From Phaeosaccion multiseriatum (lineage: Eukaryota; Protista; Ochrophyta, other classes), in the NCBI GenBank assembly GCA_965112735.1, contig OZ218962.1:2046001-2110000 (forward strand): a stretch of 64,000 nucleotides of DNA, in the 5' to 3' direction. Below the pieces are notes generated by a model. It ran no database searches. It was not told the origin of the DNA and saw only the letters and a program-made list of their open reading frames with translations. Shown in pieces: positions 25,345 to 37,985 of the stretch (position 1 is the stretch's first letter; the number at the start of each line of letters is the position of its first letter). The position numbers were made by a program, and so were the translations under genes.

Positions 25345-26410
25345 GGCGACAAGTCTCACGGTCAGGGCCCTTTCATCTACCACTGCTCCTTTCCTCTCCT
25401 CTCCTCTCCTCTCGCGACAGTCTCACGGTCAGGGCCCTTTCATCTACCACTGCTCCTCTCCTCTCCTTTCCTCTCGCGACAGTCTCACGGTCAGGGCCCT
25501 TTCATCTACCACTTCTCCTCTCCTCTCCTTTCCTCTCGCGACAGTCTCACGGTCAGGGCCCTTTCATCTACCACTGCTCCTCTCCTCTCCTCTCCTCTCC
25601 TCTCGCGACAGTCTCACGGTCAGGGCCCTTTCATCTACCACTTCTCCTCTCCTCTCCTCTCCTCTCGCGACAGTCTCACGGTCAGGGCCCTTTCATCTAC
25701 CACTTCTCCTCTCCTCTCCTTTCCTCTCGCGACAGTCTCACGGTCAGGGCCCTTTCATCTACCACTGCTCCTTTCCTCTCCTCTCGCGACAGTCTCACGG
25801 TCAGGGCCCTTTCATCTACCACTGCTCCTCTCCTCTCCTCTCCTCTCGCGACAGTCTCACGGTCAGGGCCCTTTCATCTACCACTGCTCCTTTCCTCTCC
25901 TCTCCTCTCCTCTCGCGACAGTCTCACGGTCAGGGCCCTTTCATCTACCACTGCTTCTCTCCTCTCCTTTCCTCTCGCGACAGTCTCACGGTCAGGGCCA
26001 TCTCCTCTCCTTTCCTCTCGCGACAGTCTCACGGTCAGGGCCCTTTCATCTACCACTTCTCCTCTCCTCTCCTCTCCTCTCGCGACAGTCTCACGGTCAG
26101 GGCCCTTTCATCTACCACTTCTCCTCTCCTCTCCTTTCCTCTCGCGACAGTCTCACGGTCAGGGCCCTTTCATCTACCACTGCTCCTTTCCTCTCCTCTC
26201 CTCTCCTCTCGCGACAGTCTCACGGTCAGGGCCCTTTCATCTACCACTGCTCCTCTCCTCTCCTCTCCTCTCGCGACAGTCTCACGGTCAGGGCCCTTTC
26301 ACCTACCACTGCTCCTTTCCTCCCCTCTCCTCTCCTCTCCTCTCCTCTCCTCTCCTGTCCTGTCCTCTCCTGTCCTCTCCTCTCCTCTCCTCTCCTCTCC
26401 TCTCCTCTCC
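25345..26410 (+). repeat. Compound VNTR: ~16 copies of tcgcgacagtctcacggtcagggccctttcatctaccac separated by variable (TCTCC)n
   Basis: Read directly. Units are ~57-67 bp, with one short unit near 25980-26020. Confidence 0.95.
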
Positions 26411-26914
26411 TCCACGCCTCTGGCCCTGAGCCTTTGGTGGCCTCTCTCCCCACGCCCCCACACAAGCGCCACACCCCAAGTCAACGAACGAATGAACGCC
26501 GCTCTGTGTGTGCGTGTGCGTGCGCGTGCGCTGCTGGAAAGGGGGCGTCTTCACCTGCCCTCCCCAGACGCCCCAGTAGGGCACACACCACCCTGGCTTC
26601 GTTCCGATGGCGGGCGCGTAACTGTCATCACGTCTCGGCGTCTCGGCTTACGATAGAAGGGTAGAAGAGACGCCCTCTTCCCTCCCTCTCCTTCCTCCCT
26701 CTCCTTCCTCCCTCCTTGCTTGCTCGGGCCTCGAGTCCGGCACAGCTCGGCACGCAGGTGTATGGGGTGGTGGATGCGGACAGAGGCTCGGTAAGAGACG
26801 GACATAGCTCGAGTTGGTGATACAGGACCAGACCAGCCTGTTGGTGATACAGGAGCAGGCAAGCATCCACCCATCGAATCGGAGCCATCGCACCACACCA
26901 CAGAACATGATGGC

Positions 26915-27165
26915 TGGGTCTCCTTCAGTCTCCTTGCGTCTCCTTGGGGCTCATTAAGGGTCTCCTTGGGCCCCCTGAAGGATCCCCTTGGGTGCCCTTG
27001 GGTCTTCTTAGGCCTCATTGGGTCTCCCTTCGTCTCCTTGGGCCTCCTGAAGGGTCTCCTTGGGTCTCCTTGTGTCTCCTCGGGTCTCTTTGTGTCTCGT
27101 TGGGCCTCACCAAGGGTCTCGTTGGGCCTCACCAAGGGTCTCGTTGGGTCTCCTTGGGTCTCACT
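26915..27165 (+). repeat. Degenerate GGGTCTCCTT(GGGC) tandem repeat overlapping the 3' end of uridine kinase
   Basis: Many gggtctcc/ttgggcctc units. Confidence 0.8.
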
Positions 27166-27363
27166 GCTTGGGTGTCTGATTGGGTCCCGCCTCCCTGCTG
27201 CTGGACTCCTCGAGCTTCTGCCACAATCATGCCCAGCACCACGGGGTTGATACCGTCAGGCACGATGACGTCACTGTGCACCTGAGCAGGACAGGAACAG
27301 CAGGAAGGGGAGGAGGAACGGCAGGAACAAGGGGCGTCGGGGATGAGCATGCGTGTGTGTGCG

Positions 27364-27398
<35 letters not shown>

Positions 27399-27403
27399 CT
27401 GCG

Positions 27404-27484
<81 letters not shown>

Positions 27485-27842
27485 GTATGTGTGTGTGCGT
27501 GTGTGTGTTTGTGTGTGTGTGTGTGTGTGTGCGTATGTGTGTATGTGTGTGTGCGTGTGTGTATGTGTGAGTGTGTGTGCGTGTGTGTGTGTGTGTGCGT
27601 ATGGGTGTGTATGTGTGTGTGCGTGTGTGTGTGTTTGCGTGTGTGTGTGTGTGTGTGTGCGTATGTGTGTATGTGTGTGTGCGTGTGTGTATGTGTGAGT
27701 GTGTGTGCGTGAGTGTGTACCTGTGTGTGTGCGTGTGTGTGTACTAGTTGTATGCCTGTGTGTGCGTGTGTGTATGAGTGTATGACTTGTGTGTGGGTGT
27801 GGGTGTGCGTTGTGTATGTGTGTGTGTGTGTGTGTGTGTGTC

Positions 27843-27878
<36 letters not shown>

Positions 27879-30042
27879 TGCGTGTGTGTGTATGTGTGTG
27901 TGTACGAGTTGTGTGTGTGCGCGCGTGTGTGTGCGTTTTTTGTGTGTATGTGTATACTTGGCGACGAGAGGAAGGGAAGCGAGACAGGCCTTCCTTACAA
28001 GCACATCACATAGTATCTTGCTCCAAGGCACCGCCCAATTATCTGTTTCACTCCTTGGCAGCACAGCCAGCCCCATAACCCATCCCCTACCTCCTTCCTT
28101 CCCTCTCTCCCTCCATCCCTCTCTCTCTCCTTTTCCTCCCTCCTTCCCTCTCTCCCTCCCTTCCTCTCTCTCTCCCTCCTGTCCCTCCATCCCACTCTCC
28201 CTCCCATCATTCCCACCCTTCCCCTCCCTCTCCCTCCCTCCACCCCTAACACAATGTGCTTCCAGATCAGGCCATGCGAAACACCAACAAGAAAAGGCCT
28301 GGTTCAGTAGTGTGGCAAACAATGGGGGAAGACCTGACACCAGCTACAAATAGAGCTGACAACAGCTACAAACAGAGCTGACACCAGGTAGCAGTTCAGT
28401 GTGTGTGTGTGGGGAGGGGGGCTCACCTTGCTGGGCTCACAGAAGAGGTTGTGCATTGGTCTCACAGTGCTAAGGTACTGAGTCAACACGCTGTCCATGT
28501 CTCGGCCGCGCTCGGCAATGTCTCGCCTGCCGAGGAGGAGGAGGAGGAGGAGGAGGAGGAGGAGGAGGAGAAGGAGGAGGAGAAGGGGGGGGGGGGAGGG
28601 GGCGATTGAATTGAGGATAGAGGTAAGAGGGATCACCAACCGCAGGGCGCATTCATTGCCTTCCGTCGAGCCTCACGACGGTCACTTCGCTCACCGCAGT
28701 CGTCGGATGAAGCGAATGTCCGCCGGAGTGTCGACAAAGACACGGATGTCGATTTCGTTGCGCAGGGCGGGGTCGTTGAAGATGAGGATGCCCTCGAGGA
28801 GAATGACTTTGCGAGGAGTTATCTTGGGGGATGGATGTGATGAGTGGGGAGCAGGGCGCCGGGGGAGGGGTCCGGTGGGGGAGGTGTGAAATGAAGAGGG
28901 CGGAGAGGTTAGAGGGTTAGAAGGAGGGGGCGGGGTTAACACATAGAGCAATCAGCCGCATCGTGAGGAGAGGGAGAGGGATAGGCTTGCTGCGATAGCA
29001 GAATTGGGCATCCTACAGACCCCAATCATGATCATATCACAATAAGGCTTGACATGGGCTTGCCAAGCCGAGGCACTACCCACGCATGAGGTGAGGAGAG
29101 GAGGAGGAGCGTGTGGAGTACAAAAGGAGCGAAAAGTAAAGCTTTGCTAATTCATCACGGTGGTGCACCTTCCGAGTGGCCGCCAGGCGGGTGTGGACGG
29201 AGAAGCTGTACGTAGGGATGGCCACCTGCACGTGCAGTAGTGCAGCAGTTGGTGGTACAGAGTTAGAGGAGAGAGGAGAGCGGGGCCAATGTCCGGACGG
29301 GAGAGAGGGAGTGCCGAGAGAAGGAAGAGACATCTGTCAATTGCGCTTCATCAGGAGGAATGAAAGGACGAATAAGAGAAAGGGGGAAAGGAGAGGAGGG
29401 AGGGAAAGTCTCATCCACCCACACACACACACACGCGCGCTCACACACACACATACACACACATACACACACATACACACATTTACACACACACACACAC
29501 CTCCTCGCCTCTCCTGAGCTGCTGGATGTGCTCCACGAGCAGGGGCGTGTCGAGGCTGTCGGGGTGGTCGAAGTTGTTCAGCGCCCTCTCCTCCAGAGGA
29601 AGGTGCGACAAGTCCCTAGGTTTGAGGATGCGAGCAGCAACGAGGGGCACCAGCAGCAGGAGGAAAAGCAGGCCGACAGGTTTGCACCACCAGCGGTGTG
29701 AGGTGGGGTGCAAGAGAACGAAAGGCCATCGTGGTAGCTCGGCCCCCTCCCTGGCCGGGTCCAAGGTGAACCGCAGCAGATGACGTGTATCAAGAGGTGG
29801 GCCGTAGCAGATGGCTTGTATCAATAGAGGATAGTCCTCTGGGCGCCCCCAAGTACTTACTTAAAGTAGCTGTCGTGGCACACGTAAGCCACTCCCTCCT
29901 CCCTGCCCAGCTCCCCAAATACAGCTTCTGCAAGGGTGGTCTTGCCCGAGCCCGACCCGCCCGCCACGCCAATCACAATGGCCTCCCCAGCCTCTCGAGC
30001 CCTCCTCCCTCGCCCGCCGCATGAAGCTGCTTCTGCTGCCAT
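27129..30042 (-). CDS. udk: Uridine kinase (single-domain, Udk type); exons ~30042-29861, 29615-29501, 29225-29169, 28822-28696, 28526-28427, 27281-27129
   Basis: P-loop [70 protein letters not shown] and [14 protein letters not shown]. The exact C-terminus is uncertain. Confidence 0.93.
27350..27950. repeat. Long imperfect (GT)n/(CA)n microsatellite in a udk intron
   Basis: Read directly; representative of many intronic microsatellites in the window. Confidence 0.95.
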
Positions 30043-30059
30043 GATGGAAGAGATCATTT

Positions 30060-30110
30060 TATATATTACACCCTTAAGTGCCATCTATGGTTGTCTAAAA
30101 GTAATGTCAA
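30060..30110 (+). other. Conserved 51-bp element, copy A (stand-alone)
   Basis: tatatattacacccttaagtgccatctatggttgtctaaaagtaatgtcaa is identical to the reverse complement of 63761-63811, and 42/43 identical to 53603-53645. Confidence 0.95.
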
Positions 30111-30490
30111 GGATATGGATGAAGAGATATGAAGAGGGTATGGCTTTGGATTATTAAAGGACAATTGGCGTTTTTCCTTGACATAATAGGATGCGTTCTG
30201 AAAATCCTTTGAGAAAAAAAATCGTCTTTCAACAGCATCTCTAGAAAGAAGCCAAGAAAACCCTCCTTGCCCCACTTGCCTTGCCAGCAGATGCCCGAGC
30301 GGGATGTGGAGCTTTTTGAATCGAGGAAACGCTCGAGCTCGCATGGATTTAGGGGTTACAGCAGGTGTCCGTGCGAGAGAAGTGGAGGACTAGGTCAGAA
30401 CCGAGGAAACGCTCCAGATGTGGAGGGGTTGCTCTCTTCTCCCTCCACAACACCTTCCTGCTCCCCTCGATCTCTCTCGCCCTGTTGCTC

Positions 30491-32071
30491 ATGGTGATCC
30501 AAGTCAAGAGTTCTTCTGCCGCGAGAGGCAGCATCTGTCCGCAGGAGCAAGGCAAGGAGGAGGGCCTTGTGTTGTTTGAGGAAATATGGGGGCATTTACT
30601 GTTTACAGGGATCGACATTCACTGTTCGTACAAAACGAAGCAGGGGAAGTGGTGGGACTGCTTCAAGGCGAAGGCACTTAACATGATCTTGGAGGAAGGG
30701 GAAGAGGTGAAGGTGAAGGAGAAGGAGGAGGGGTGTGTGAAATGTAGTTCTTGTTCAGAGTATGAGTCGCAGCTATCATCTTCGCTGTCTGTCAGGACCC
30801 TTCTGCGGCTGACAAAGTTTCTACATCGCCGGTTTGTGTGGATCTCGGCAGAGGTGGCATTACTCGCCGTTTCGGGAATGGAGATTTGGCATTTTGTGGA
30901 TCCTGTGTGGAGCAATTCGAGCAATCGGTTCCACACTGCCTGCCGCGGCGGCATTTTTTGGGTTGTGTTTATAGTGGTCTTATGGGCTGTCCATTCAGGT
31001 ATCCTGGAGCAACGCCAGCAGCGGGACAAGAAAGGAGTGCCCCTAGATCAAACCATAAAGTTTGAAGAGGACGATAGCGAATACCGGCAGAAGGGAGGGC
31101 CGCCACCCGATTCCAAGTTCTCGAGCATCGCCGTGTTGGAAGGCATTCTTTTGGACGTGCGAGCGAAGTACTGTATTCACAAGCTCAGTAAGCGGTACCA
31201 TGGCAAGCATGAGAGGACGGACCAGCCCCCGTGTCGTTCTTCCTTGACCTCAACTGAGATGGGTCCAACGGACAGCTGGCGAAAGGTACATGTAAGGTAC
31301 TGGTGCGATAAATGGCTGCCCCGTGTGGCACTTTTCTCCGCGGTTTTCGGAGTTTTTTTTTTTGTCGTCACGGCTGTGAAAGTAATTCTATTTTCTGACC
31401 AATCGCATTGGAAGGGAGACTTGGGGTATATGAAAGCGAGTCTCATCTTCTACTACGCTGTTGCCCCCATTGGATACTTTATCGCCATCACAATACCAAC
31501 AGTCTTTCTGGTGTGGTTCCTGATCAGCTGCATCGTCCACACTTGTCACGGTGAAGTCTTCCACGAGGTGGTCTATAGGTATCGAAAACAGAAAGCCCCC
31601 AAGTACGCCACCTCGAGCCCAGACACCACCAGAGCGACCCTCGAAGAAGAGTACCTCGCCATTCGGAAGGTGCTGTTTGAAGTCAGTAGGAAATGGTCTG
31701 CCTTCCTCTTCTTCACAATGTTTATGGCCACTCTTGTGCTCTTACTGGGCTTCGTGGGGTACCTTGTTGTGAAGGATGTTAGGTACATCTTCTGGACTGC
31801 GTTGGCGTCTCTGTGGCTCCTGGGGGTACTCGCAGCTTTGAGCACCTTCAATGGAAGAGCCAAGACAAGAGTCGAGGAGTTGGCTTTGCAAGCCACCGAC
31901 GGCGACTACGCCTGCCTGGGAGGGCAGGAAGGTTTCATTGACTTCGTTCACAAGCGCCCCTTGGTGTGGAATATCTACGGGTTCCACGTGACGTCAAGGT
32001 ATCTGGTCTCTGTCATCGTCGGTATCGCCTCCACCGGCGTCCTCATTTACGTGGAGTCTCTCGTCGCATGA
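30491..32071 (+). CDS. Intronless 7-TM protein, gustatory-receptor-like / DUF3537 (7TM ion channel superfamily) candidate
   Basis: Seven hydrophobic segments. LEEEYLAIRKVLFEVSRKW and FIDFVHKRPLVWNIYGFHVTSRYLVSVIVG resemble the DUF3537/GRL TM4-5 loop and TM7 signature. The first in-frame ATG is 30491 (ORF open from 30365). Confidence 0.65.
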   Translation: MVIQVKSSSAARGSICPQEQGKEEGLVLFEEIWGHLLFTGIDIHCSYKTKQGKWWDCFKAKALNMILEEGEEVKVKEKEEGCVKCSSCSEYESQLSSSLSVRTLLRLTKFLHRRFVWISAEVALLAVSGMEIWHFVDPVWSNSSNRFHTACRGGIFWVVFIVVLWAVHSGILEQRQQRDKKGVPLDQTIKFEEDDSEYRQKGGPPPDSKFSSIAVLEGILLDVRAKYCIHKLSKRYHGKHERTDQPPCRSSLTSTEMGPTDSWRKVHVRYWCDKWLPRVALFSAVFGVFFFVVTAVKVILFSDQSHWKGDLGYMKASLIFYYAVAPIGYFIAITIPTVFLVWFLISCIVHTCHGEVFHEVVYRYRKQKAPKYATSSPDTTRATLEEEYLAIRKVLFEVSRKWSAFLFFTMFMATLVLLLGFVGYLVVKDVRYIFWTALASLWLLGVLAALSTFNGRAKTRVEELALQATDGDYACLGGQEGFIDFVHKRPLVWNIYGFHVTSRYLVSVIVGIASTGVLIYVESLVA

Positions 32072-32279
32072 TTGCGCGTCTGGGATACGATAGCGCACAG
32101 TCCCTTCAACTCTGATTTTTTACTTCTACAACTAGTACTTCGTAGGAGAGTACACTTTTAGTTAATTTATTACAATCTTAGATATTACCATCTTACTCTT
32201 ATATGGAGTATAAGTAAGCAAGGCCTTTCTGTCGAAGACGAACGATCTGATTCTCACTCCAAGTGCAACCCCAAGCTAC

Positions 32280-33420
32280 TCACGCTCTCGCTCACCCACC
32301 CACTCTCCCACTCACTCACTCTCTCCCTCCCTTACTCACTGACTGACTGATGATTCATTCACTCACTCCCTCACTTCACTCACTCTCTCACTCAAGATGG
32401 CGGGGGGGGCAGTCTGATCAACTGCTCGCGAAGGAAGAAGGGTGATAGCGTGATAGCGATAAGAATCGTTCCTCTTCTGTGCATATTTTTGTAGCGATAT
32501 ATAAGGAGTCATCAGAGGTTGGGAGCACTAGTTGTGCCCCTAGTCCCCGAGGGGGGAGGATAAGCGTGGCATGATTGACTGCACTTTGCCGGCCATGTCA
32601 TCACTGGGGGTTGGAGAAGGCGCGTCCACAGAACATGAGTCTAATGTACGATACTCTCACCCACACTTCTCTTTTACATTCTGTCGGAACCCTGTAGTTC
32701 ACAGTTGGCTTGGTACTTCCAACACGCCCCCTCGCTTTGTGCGCGGAAGGTAAGGATTGTGGAAAGCGATCCTAGGCGACGATGAAGTCGCGAAGGTATC
32801 GAAAGCGCGCGATTGGCACGGCCTTCGTGAAGATGTCGGCGATCTGCTCGTGGGTGGAGATGTACTACTCCACAGATTTTAGATTCACTCAGCATTGCTT
32901 CACTCACTGATTGACTGATGATTCATTCATTCAGCCACTCTCCCACTCACTCCCTCACTCACTCACTGACTGACTGATGATTCATTCACTCACTCCCTCA
33001 TTCACTCACTATTGACTGATGATTCATTCATTCCCTCTCCTCCTCCCTCCCTCCTTTCCTTTCTTCACTGACTGACTGATCACTCATTAACTCACTCCCT
33101 CACTTCACTCACTCTCTCACTCACCCACCCACTCCCCCACTCACTCCCTCACGCACTCACTGACTGACTGATGACTTATTAACTCACTCCCTCCCTTCCC
33201 TCCCCCCCCCCCTCCCCCTCTCTCCCTCCTCCCTCTCTCTTTTTTCACTGACTGATGACGCACTCATTAACTCACTCCCTCACTTCACCACTCACTCTGT
33301 CGCTCACCCACCCACTCTCCCACTCACTCCCTCACTCACTCACTGACTGACTGATTCCTCATTCACTCACTTCCTCACTTCACTCACTCGCCCACTCACC
33401 AACCGACTTCTCCTTCATCC
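32280..33420. repeat. (CACT)n/(GACT)n-rich low-complexity tract interrupted by the copia relic
   Basis: Read directly. Confidence 0.85.
32400..32885 (-). mobile_element. Ty1/copia LTR-retrotransposon 3' relic (RNase H end, PPT, start of 3' LTR)
   Basis: The minus strand translates VE*YISTHEQIADIFTKAVPIARFRYLRDFIVA* (ADIFTK hallmark, stop at 32772). Then come a purine tract AAAGCGAGGGGGCG (32738-32725) and TGTTG at 32724. The LTR end is not resolved. Confidence 0.85.
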
Positions 33421-33725
33421 AGCCACCCCGCCCCCTCCCCCTCGCTCCCTCCCTCACACTCACACACTGATGGCATGGCACGGAATCGTAATGAACCAAG
33501 GAACCAGGGCTTGATCGCTATAACTCGATAAAACGCTAAAACGGAGCAGCTAACGTCAATTCAGCCACCAGCAGCCAGCCACCAGGCCACCAGCCAGGCC
33601 ACCACTCAGCCGAAAAGTCAAACAACTGGCAGAAGCAAATAACCAACACGCCCACTTTCCTGCGAGCGGGAGCTCAAACCGAGAGCAAAAAACGGGATAC
33701 AAACCCGTCGAGCCTCGTGGGTGTC

Positions 33726-35201
33726 ATGCCACGTGACGGAGGCCTTCCGCATCCGGAGGAGGAGGAGGGGGAGGAGGAGGAGGAGGAGGAGGAGGAGGAG
33801 GAGGAGGAGGAGGAGAAGGAGGAGGAGGAGGAGGAGGAGCAGCAGCAGCACCAGCAGCAGCAGCAACAGCAGGGTGGGAAATGGATCGAACCCCCAGAGG
33901 GGACTTACTTGTCGCCTTTCGGCCCATCCTGCTGCATGTGCAGCGGGCCGCTTCACGCAACCAGCCGCAGCAATAGCGCGTCTCCGACGAAGCAATCCAC
34001 AGCAGGAAGAAGAGGAGGAGTGGAAGGCCCTCATCAGCAGCATCCTCAGTTCTCTTCTCGCCACGCACACTCTCACTCCCACCCACCCCAGAGAAGGGGC
34101 ATGGAAGAGTCTTATGTCGTGCTTCCCAACGAGCAGCCGCTTCTCTCGGAAAGCTACTTCTCTACCTCGCGCAACCCGCCAACCACGTTCGGCGGAGGCG
34201 GAGGGGACAGCAGCTGGGTTGGGTGGGGGGCAGGTGACGACCTCGCTGCTGCTGCTGGGGCCTTTGGCGGCCCTGGAGAGTCTGTCATGGCGGCGGCGGC
34301 GGACCAAGGAGGGGTCGGGGATGCGGTAAGGAGTGCAGTGGTGCTGAGTCGGTGGGGGCGGGGCGGAGGAGGAGGAGGAGGAGGAGGAGGAGGAGGAGGG
34401 AAAGGGGGGCTCATTGAGGGAGTAGAAAACCAGCAAGACAAGCAACAGGAGCGAGAGGTTGCTCTTGTGAAGGAGCTTTCATCGTCTGTGTTCTGCAAGC
34501 ATTGCCACCAAAACCTTCTGCACAGCTTAGCGCAGGAGACGACAACGATGGAGGCAGAGGCAGCGGCGCATAGAGACTTTGTAGCGGAGATGGAGAGGAC
34601 TGTGGCCCTTGCGCGCGAGAGTGGTGGTGGAGGGGGAGAAGGTGGTCAAGGGGCTGCTGATAGGCATGTACGGAACGAGGACAGGGAGAAGCAGCAGAAG
34701 CAGCAGCAGCAGCAGGAGGAGGAGGAGGAGGAGGAGGAGGAGGGGGGGGGGAGGGGGGAGGAAGAAGGGGAGGGGGGAGAGGAGGAGACGCAACAGGAGC
34801 AAGAGCGAGGGAAGAAGAAGAACAAGAAGGCAAAGAAAAAGAGAAAGAAGGAGCGAGAGAAGCACAGCACCGAAGCAAGTGGAAAGGCTCCCGATGAGAG
34901 GAGAGGAAGCAATACAGGAAGCGGAGCTGAGGCCGGAACAGGGAGCGGGAAGGGGGGAGGAGGCAGAGAAGAAGGAAGAATGGGCGAGAAGGAGGCGGAG
35001 TTGACAGCCACGGCCTCTGCCCTGCAGGAGACCCACCGCACCTGTCTACTAGAGCTCTCCGCACTGGAGCAGCAGTTGGTGATACAGGAGCACAGGCTGC
35101 AGCACAGCCTCGCGGCGGCAGAGGTGCAACTTTGGGAGCAGGCCAGACAGGCAGAGCTCAGGTGTGTGGAATGTGTGTGTGTGTGTTTATGTGTGTGTGT
35201 C

Positions 35202-35239
<38 letters not shown>

Positions 35240-37953
35240 TGTGTGTGTGTCCAATGTGTGTGTGTGTCGAATGCGTGTGTTTGGCGTGGATGTGTGTGGT
35301 GTGGATTTGCGTTTTGTGTGTGTGTGTGAAGGGGCGCAGGGAGGAGCACGGGCTATGTTCCTGTGTACCTTACCGTATCTTATCTTACCTTATCTTGTCT
35401 CACCTTACCTTAAGCCTTACTCACCCCTTACCTTAGACTCACTATCCTCACTTTGACCACGATGCAATGTAGAGCAGTCGCGCCACGCGCAGACACCCTC
35501 CCGCACCCACACCCATACCCTTACACATGCATGCACACACGCACGCACCCACACCCATACCCCTTACACACACATGCATGCACACACGCACGCACCCACA
35601 CCCATACCCATACACACACAAGCACACACGCACGCACGCACCCACGCACACACACGTGCGCGCACGTCCACGCTCCGCTCTTTCATGTCTTTCACCTCAT
35701 GTCCACTTCTCCCATGTTTTGCGTTGCTTTGCGTTGCTTTGCGGTGTGCTGCTTGCTGGTGCTTGCTGGTGCTTGCTGGTGCTTGCTGGTGCTTGCTGGT
35801 GCTTGTACTTTGCCTTGCCTTGGGTTGTGCCCTTGCTCTTGCTCTTGCTCTTGTTCGTGCTCCTGCCCTTGCTTTTGCTCTTGCTCTTGTTCGTGCTCCT
35901 GCTCTTGCTCTTGCTCTTGCTCTTGTTCGTGCTCCTGCTCTTGTTCGTGCTCCTGCTCTTGCTCTTGCTCTTGCTCTTCTTGCCTTATGCCTTGCCTTGC
36001 TTTAATTCGCTTCGCTCTCTCTCTCCCTCTCCCACTACCCTCACACCACACACCTCTCGTCAAGCTTCGCGGCGCTGCAGGAAGAGGTGCAGGGAAGACT
36101 CGAGGAATCGGCCCTCCTCACCGCACAGACAGAGCAGCTACAGAGCAAGGGAGTGCTGCAGGACCTCTTCCATCTCAAGCTCGACAGGTGGGCGGGGAGG
36201 AGAGGGAGGAGAGGGAGGAGGAGGAGGAGGAGGAGGAGGAGAAGGAGGAGGAGGAGAGGGAGGAGAGGGAGGAGGGGATAAGTCAGATGGATACTGCGGC
36301 TTCGTGCTGCTCCTGCACAGAGAAGGAGTCAATGAGATGACTAAGTCAATGAGTCAATGAGATGACCAAGTCAATGAGTCAATGAGATGACTAAGTCAAT
36401 GAGTCAATGAGTGGCGTAGTCGTCTCCTCTCGCTGCCCCTACCCCTTGTTGCTGCTTACGGTGTCGCTTAGGGTAGGGGACCTTTATTGACTTAGGGTAT
36501 CGCTTAGGGTAGGGGACCTTTATTGACTTATGGGGATCCACGTAAGACTTCCTGAGACTTCCGCATATGTGTGTGTTTGTGTGTGTAGGGGTAGAGAGTA
36601 GAGAGAGGCACCACGGGGGGGGGGGGGGGGGGGGCAGGACGAGGCGGCCCATTCACAAGCAAGAGAGGAAGGACGGAAGGAGGAAGAGGGGGAGAGAAGT
36701 GGTGAGGGAGACGGATGAAGACAGCAGGTCGTCTCCGCAGGCTCGAAGTGAAGGCCTTTGCTGTTTTGCTTTGTGCAAACGCTTTGCGTTGCTTTCTTCT
36801 CTTCTCTCCCCTCTCTCTCTCTTCGTTACTCTGTCTGTCTCCCTCCCTCACCCGCTCACTCCGTCCCTCCCTCTCTCCCTCTCTCTCTCTCTCTCAGAGG
36901 CTTTCCCACCATCAACGGTCACAGGCTGGCCAGGTACCCCAGCGAGACAACCAACGGCTTGGGTTGGGTGGAGATGGCGGCAGCCTGGGGTCAGGCCGTG
37001 CTCCTTCTTCGCTGTGTATCCAACGCCATCAACTTCTCTTCCTCTCGCTTCGTTCTCGTTCCCGTGGGTACGCAGTCGAGGGTGCTCGAGTACAGGACCA
37101 GAAGCAGCAGCGGCAGCAGCAGCAGCAGCAGCAGCAACAGCAACAGCAGTGGCAGCAATAGCAGTAGCAGCATCACGAGTAGTAGTAGTAGTAGTAGCAG
37201 TAGTAATGGGACCGCTGGAGACGGAGGGGCGGCAGCAGCAGTAGAAGGGGCGGCTGGCCGGGGTGAAGGGGTGAGTGGCAGCACAGGGGGTGGTACCATT
37301 GTTGTGAGCCACTGCTTGTTTGCAGCGCCGCGGAGGGGGAGGGAGCAGCGGGGTGAGGATGGAATGATGCACAAAGTGGAAGAGGAAGAGGGAGAGGACG
37401 CGGGGGAGGAGGACGTTTCGGCTGCGCTGACACGGAAAACGGCGGGTATGGAAAGGATGGGGCTGCTTCTGAGGGGTAGGGGAGGGCACGGAGGAGGAGG
37501 AGGAGGAGGAGGAAGAGGAGGGGGAGGAGGAGGAGGAGGAGGAGGAGGAGGAGGAGGAGGAGGAGGAGGAGGAGGGGGAGGAGGAGGAGGAGGAGGAGGA
37601 GGAGGAGGAGGAGGAGGAGGAGGAGGGGGAGAAGGAGGAGGAGGAGGTGGAGGAGGAGGAGGGGGAGGAGGAGGTGGAGGAAGAGGAGGAGGGGGGGGGG
37701 GCAGGGGGGGCGGGAGGGGGATTGGGAGTGGGGGAGGGTTGGTGATTCGTGCAGAGGCCATCAAAGCCTTCTTTTGCTCCTGCAGTGAGATTCTAGAGTG
37801 CCTGGAGGGACTGGTGCAAGCCCAAACTACAGCAGTTGGTGATACTGGAGGAGGAGAAGAAGGGTGTGGAGGTGGTGGTGGAGGGGGAGGAGGAGGAGGA
37901 GGAGGAGGAGGAGGAGGAGGAGGAGGAGGAGGAGGAGGAGAAGCAGAAGGAGT

Positions 37954-37985
<32 letters not shown>

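Noticed and set aside
25345-26410. CRISPR array, and the 373/447-aa ORFs across it
   Set aside because: The spacers are the same (TCTCC)n microsatellite rather than unique sequences, there are no cas genes, and the context is eukaryotic. The ORFs are stop-free repeat translations.
27180-28353. Cys/Val- or His/Thr-rich ORFs (and similar ORFs window-wide)
   Set aside because: These are translations of (GT)n, (GA)n, (GGA)n and (CCCT)n intronic microsatellites.
30060-30110. Calling the 51-bp element a spliced leader
   Set aside because: There is no convincing donor plus Sm site, it lies 140-380 bp from the downstream ATGs, and SL trans-splicing is not established in ochrophytes. Kept only as a testable possibility.
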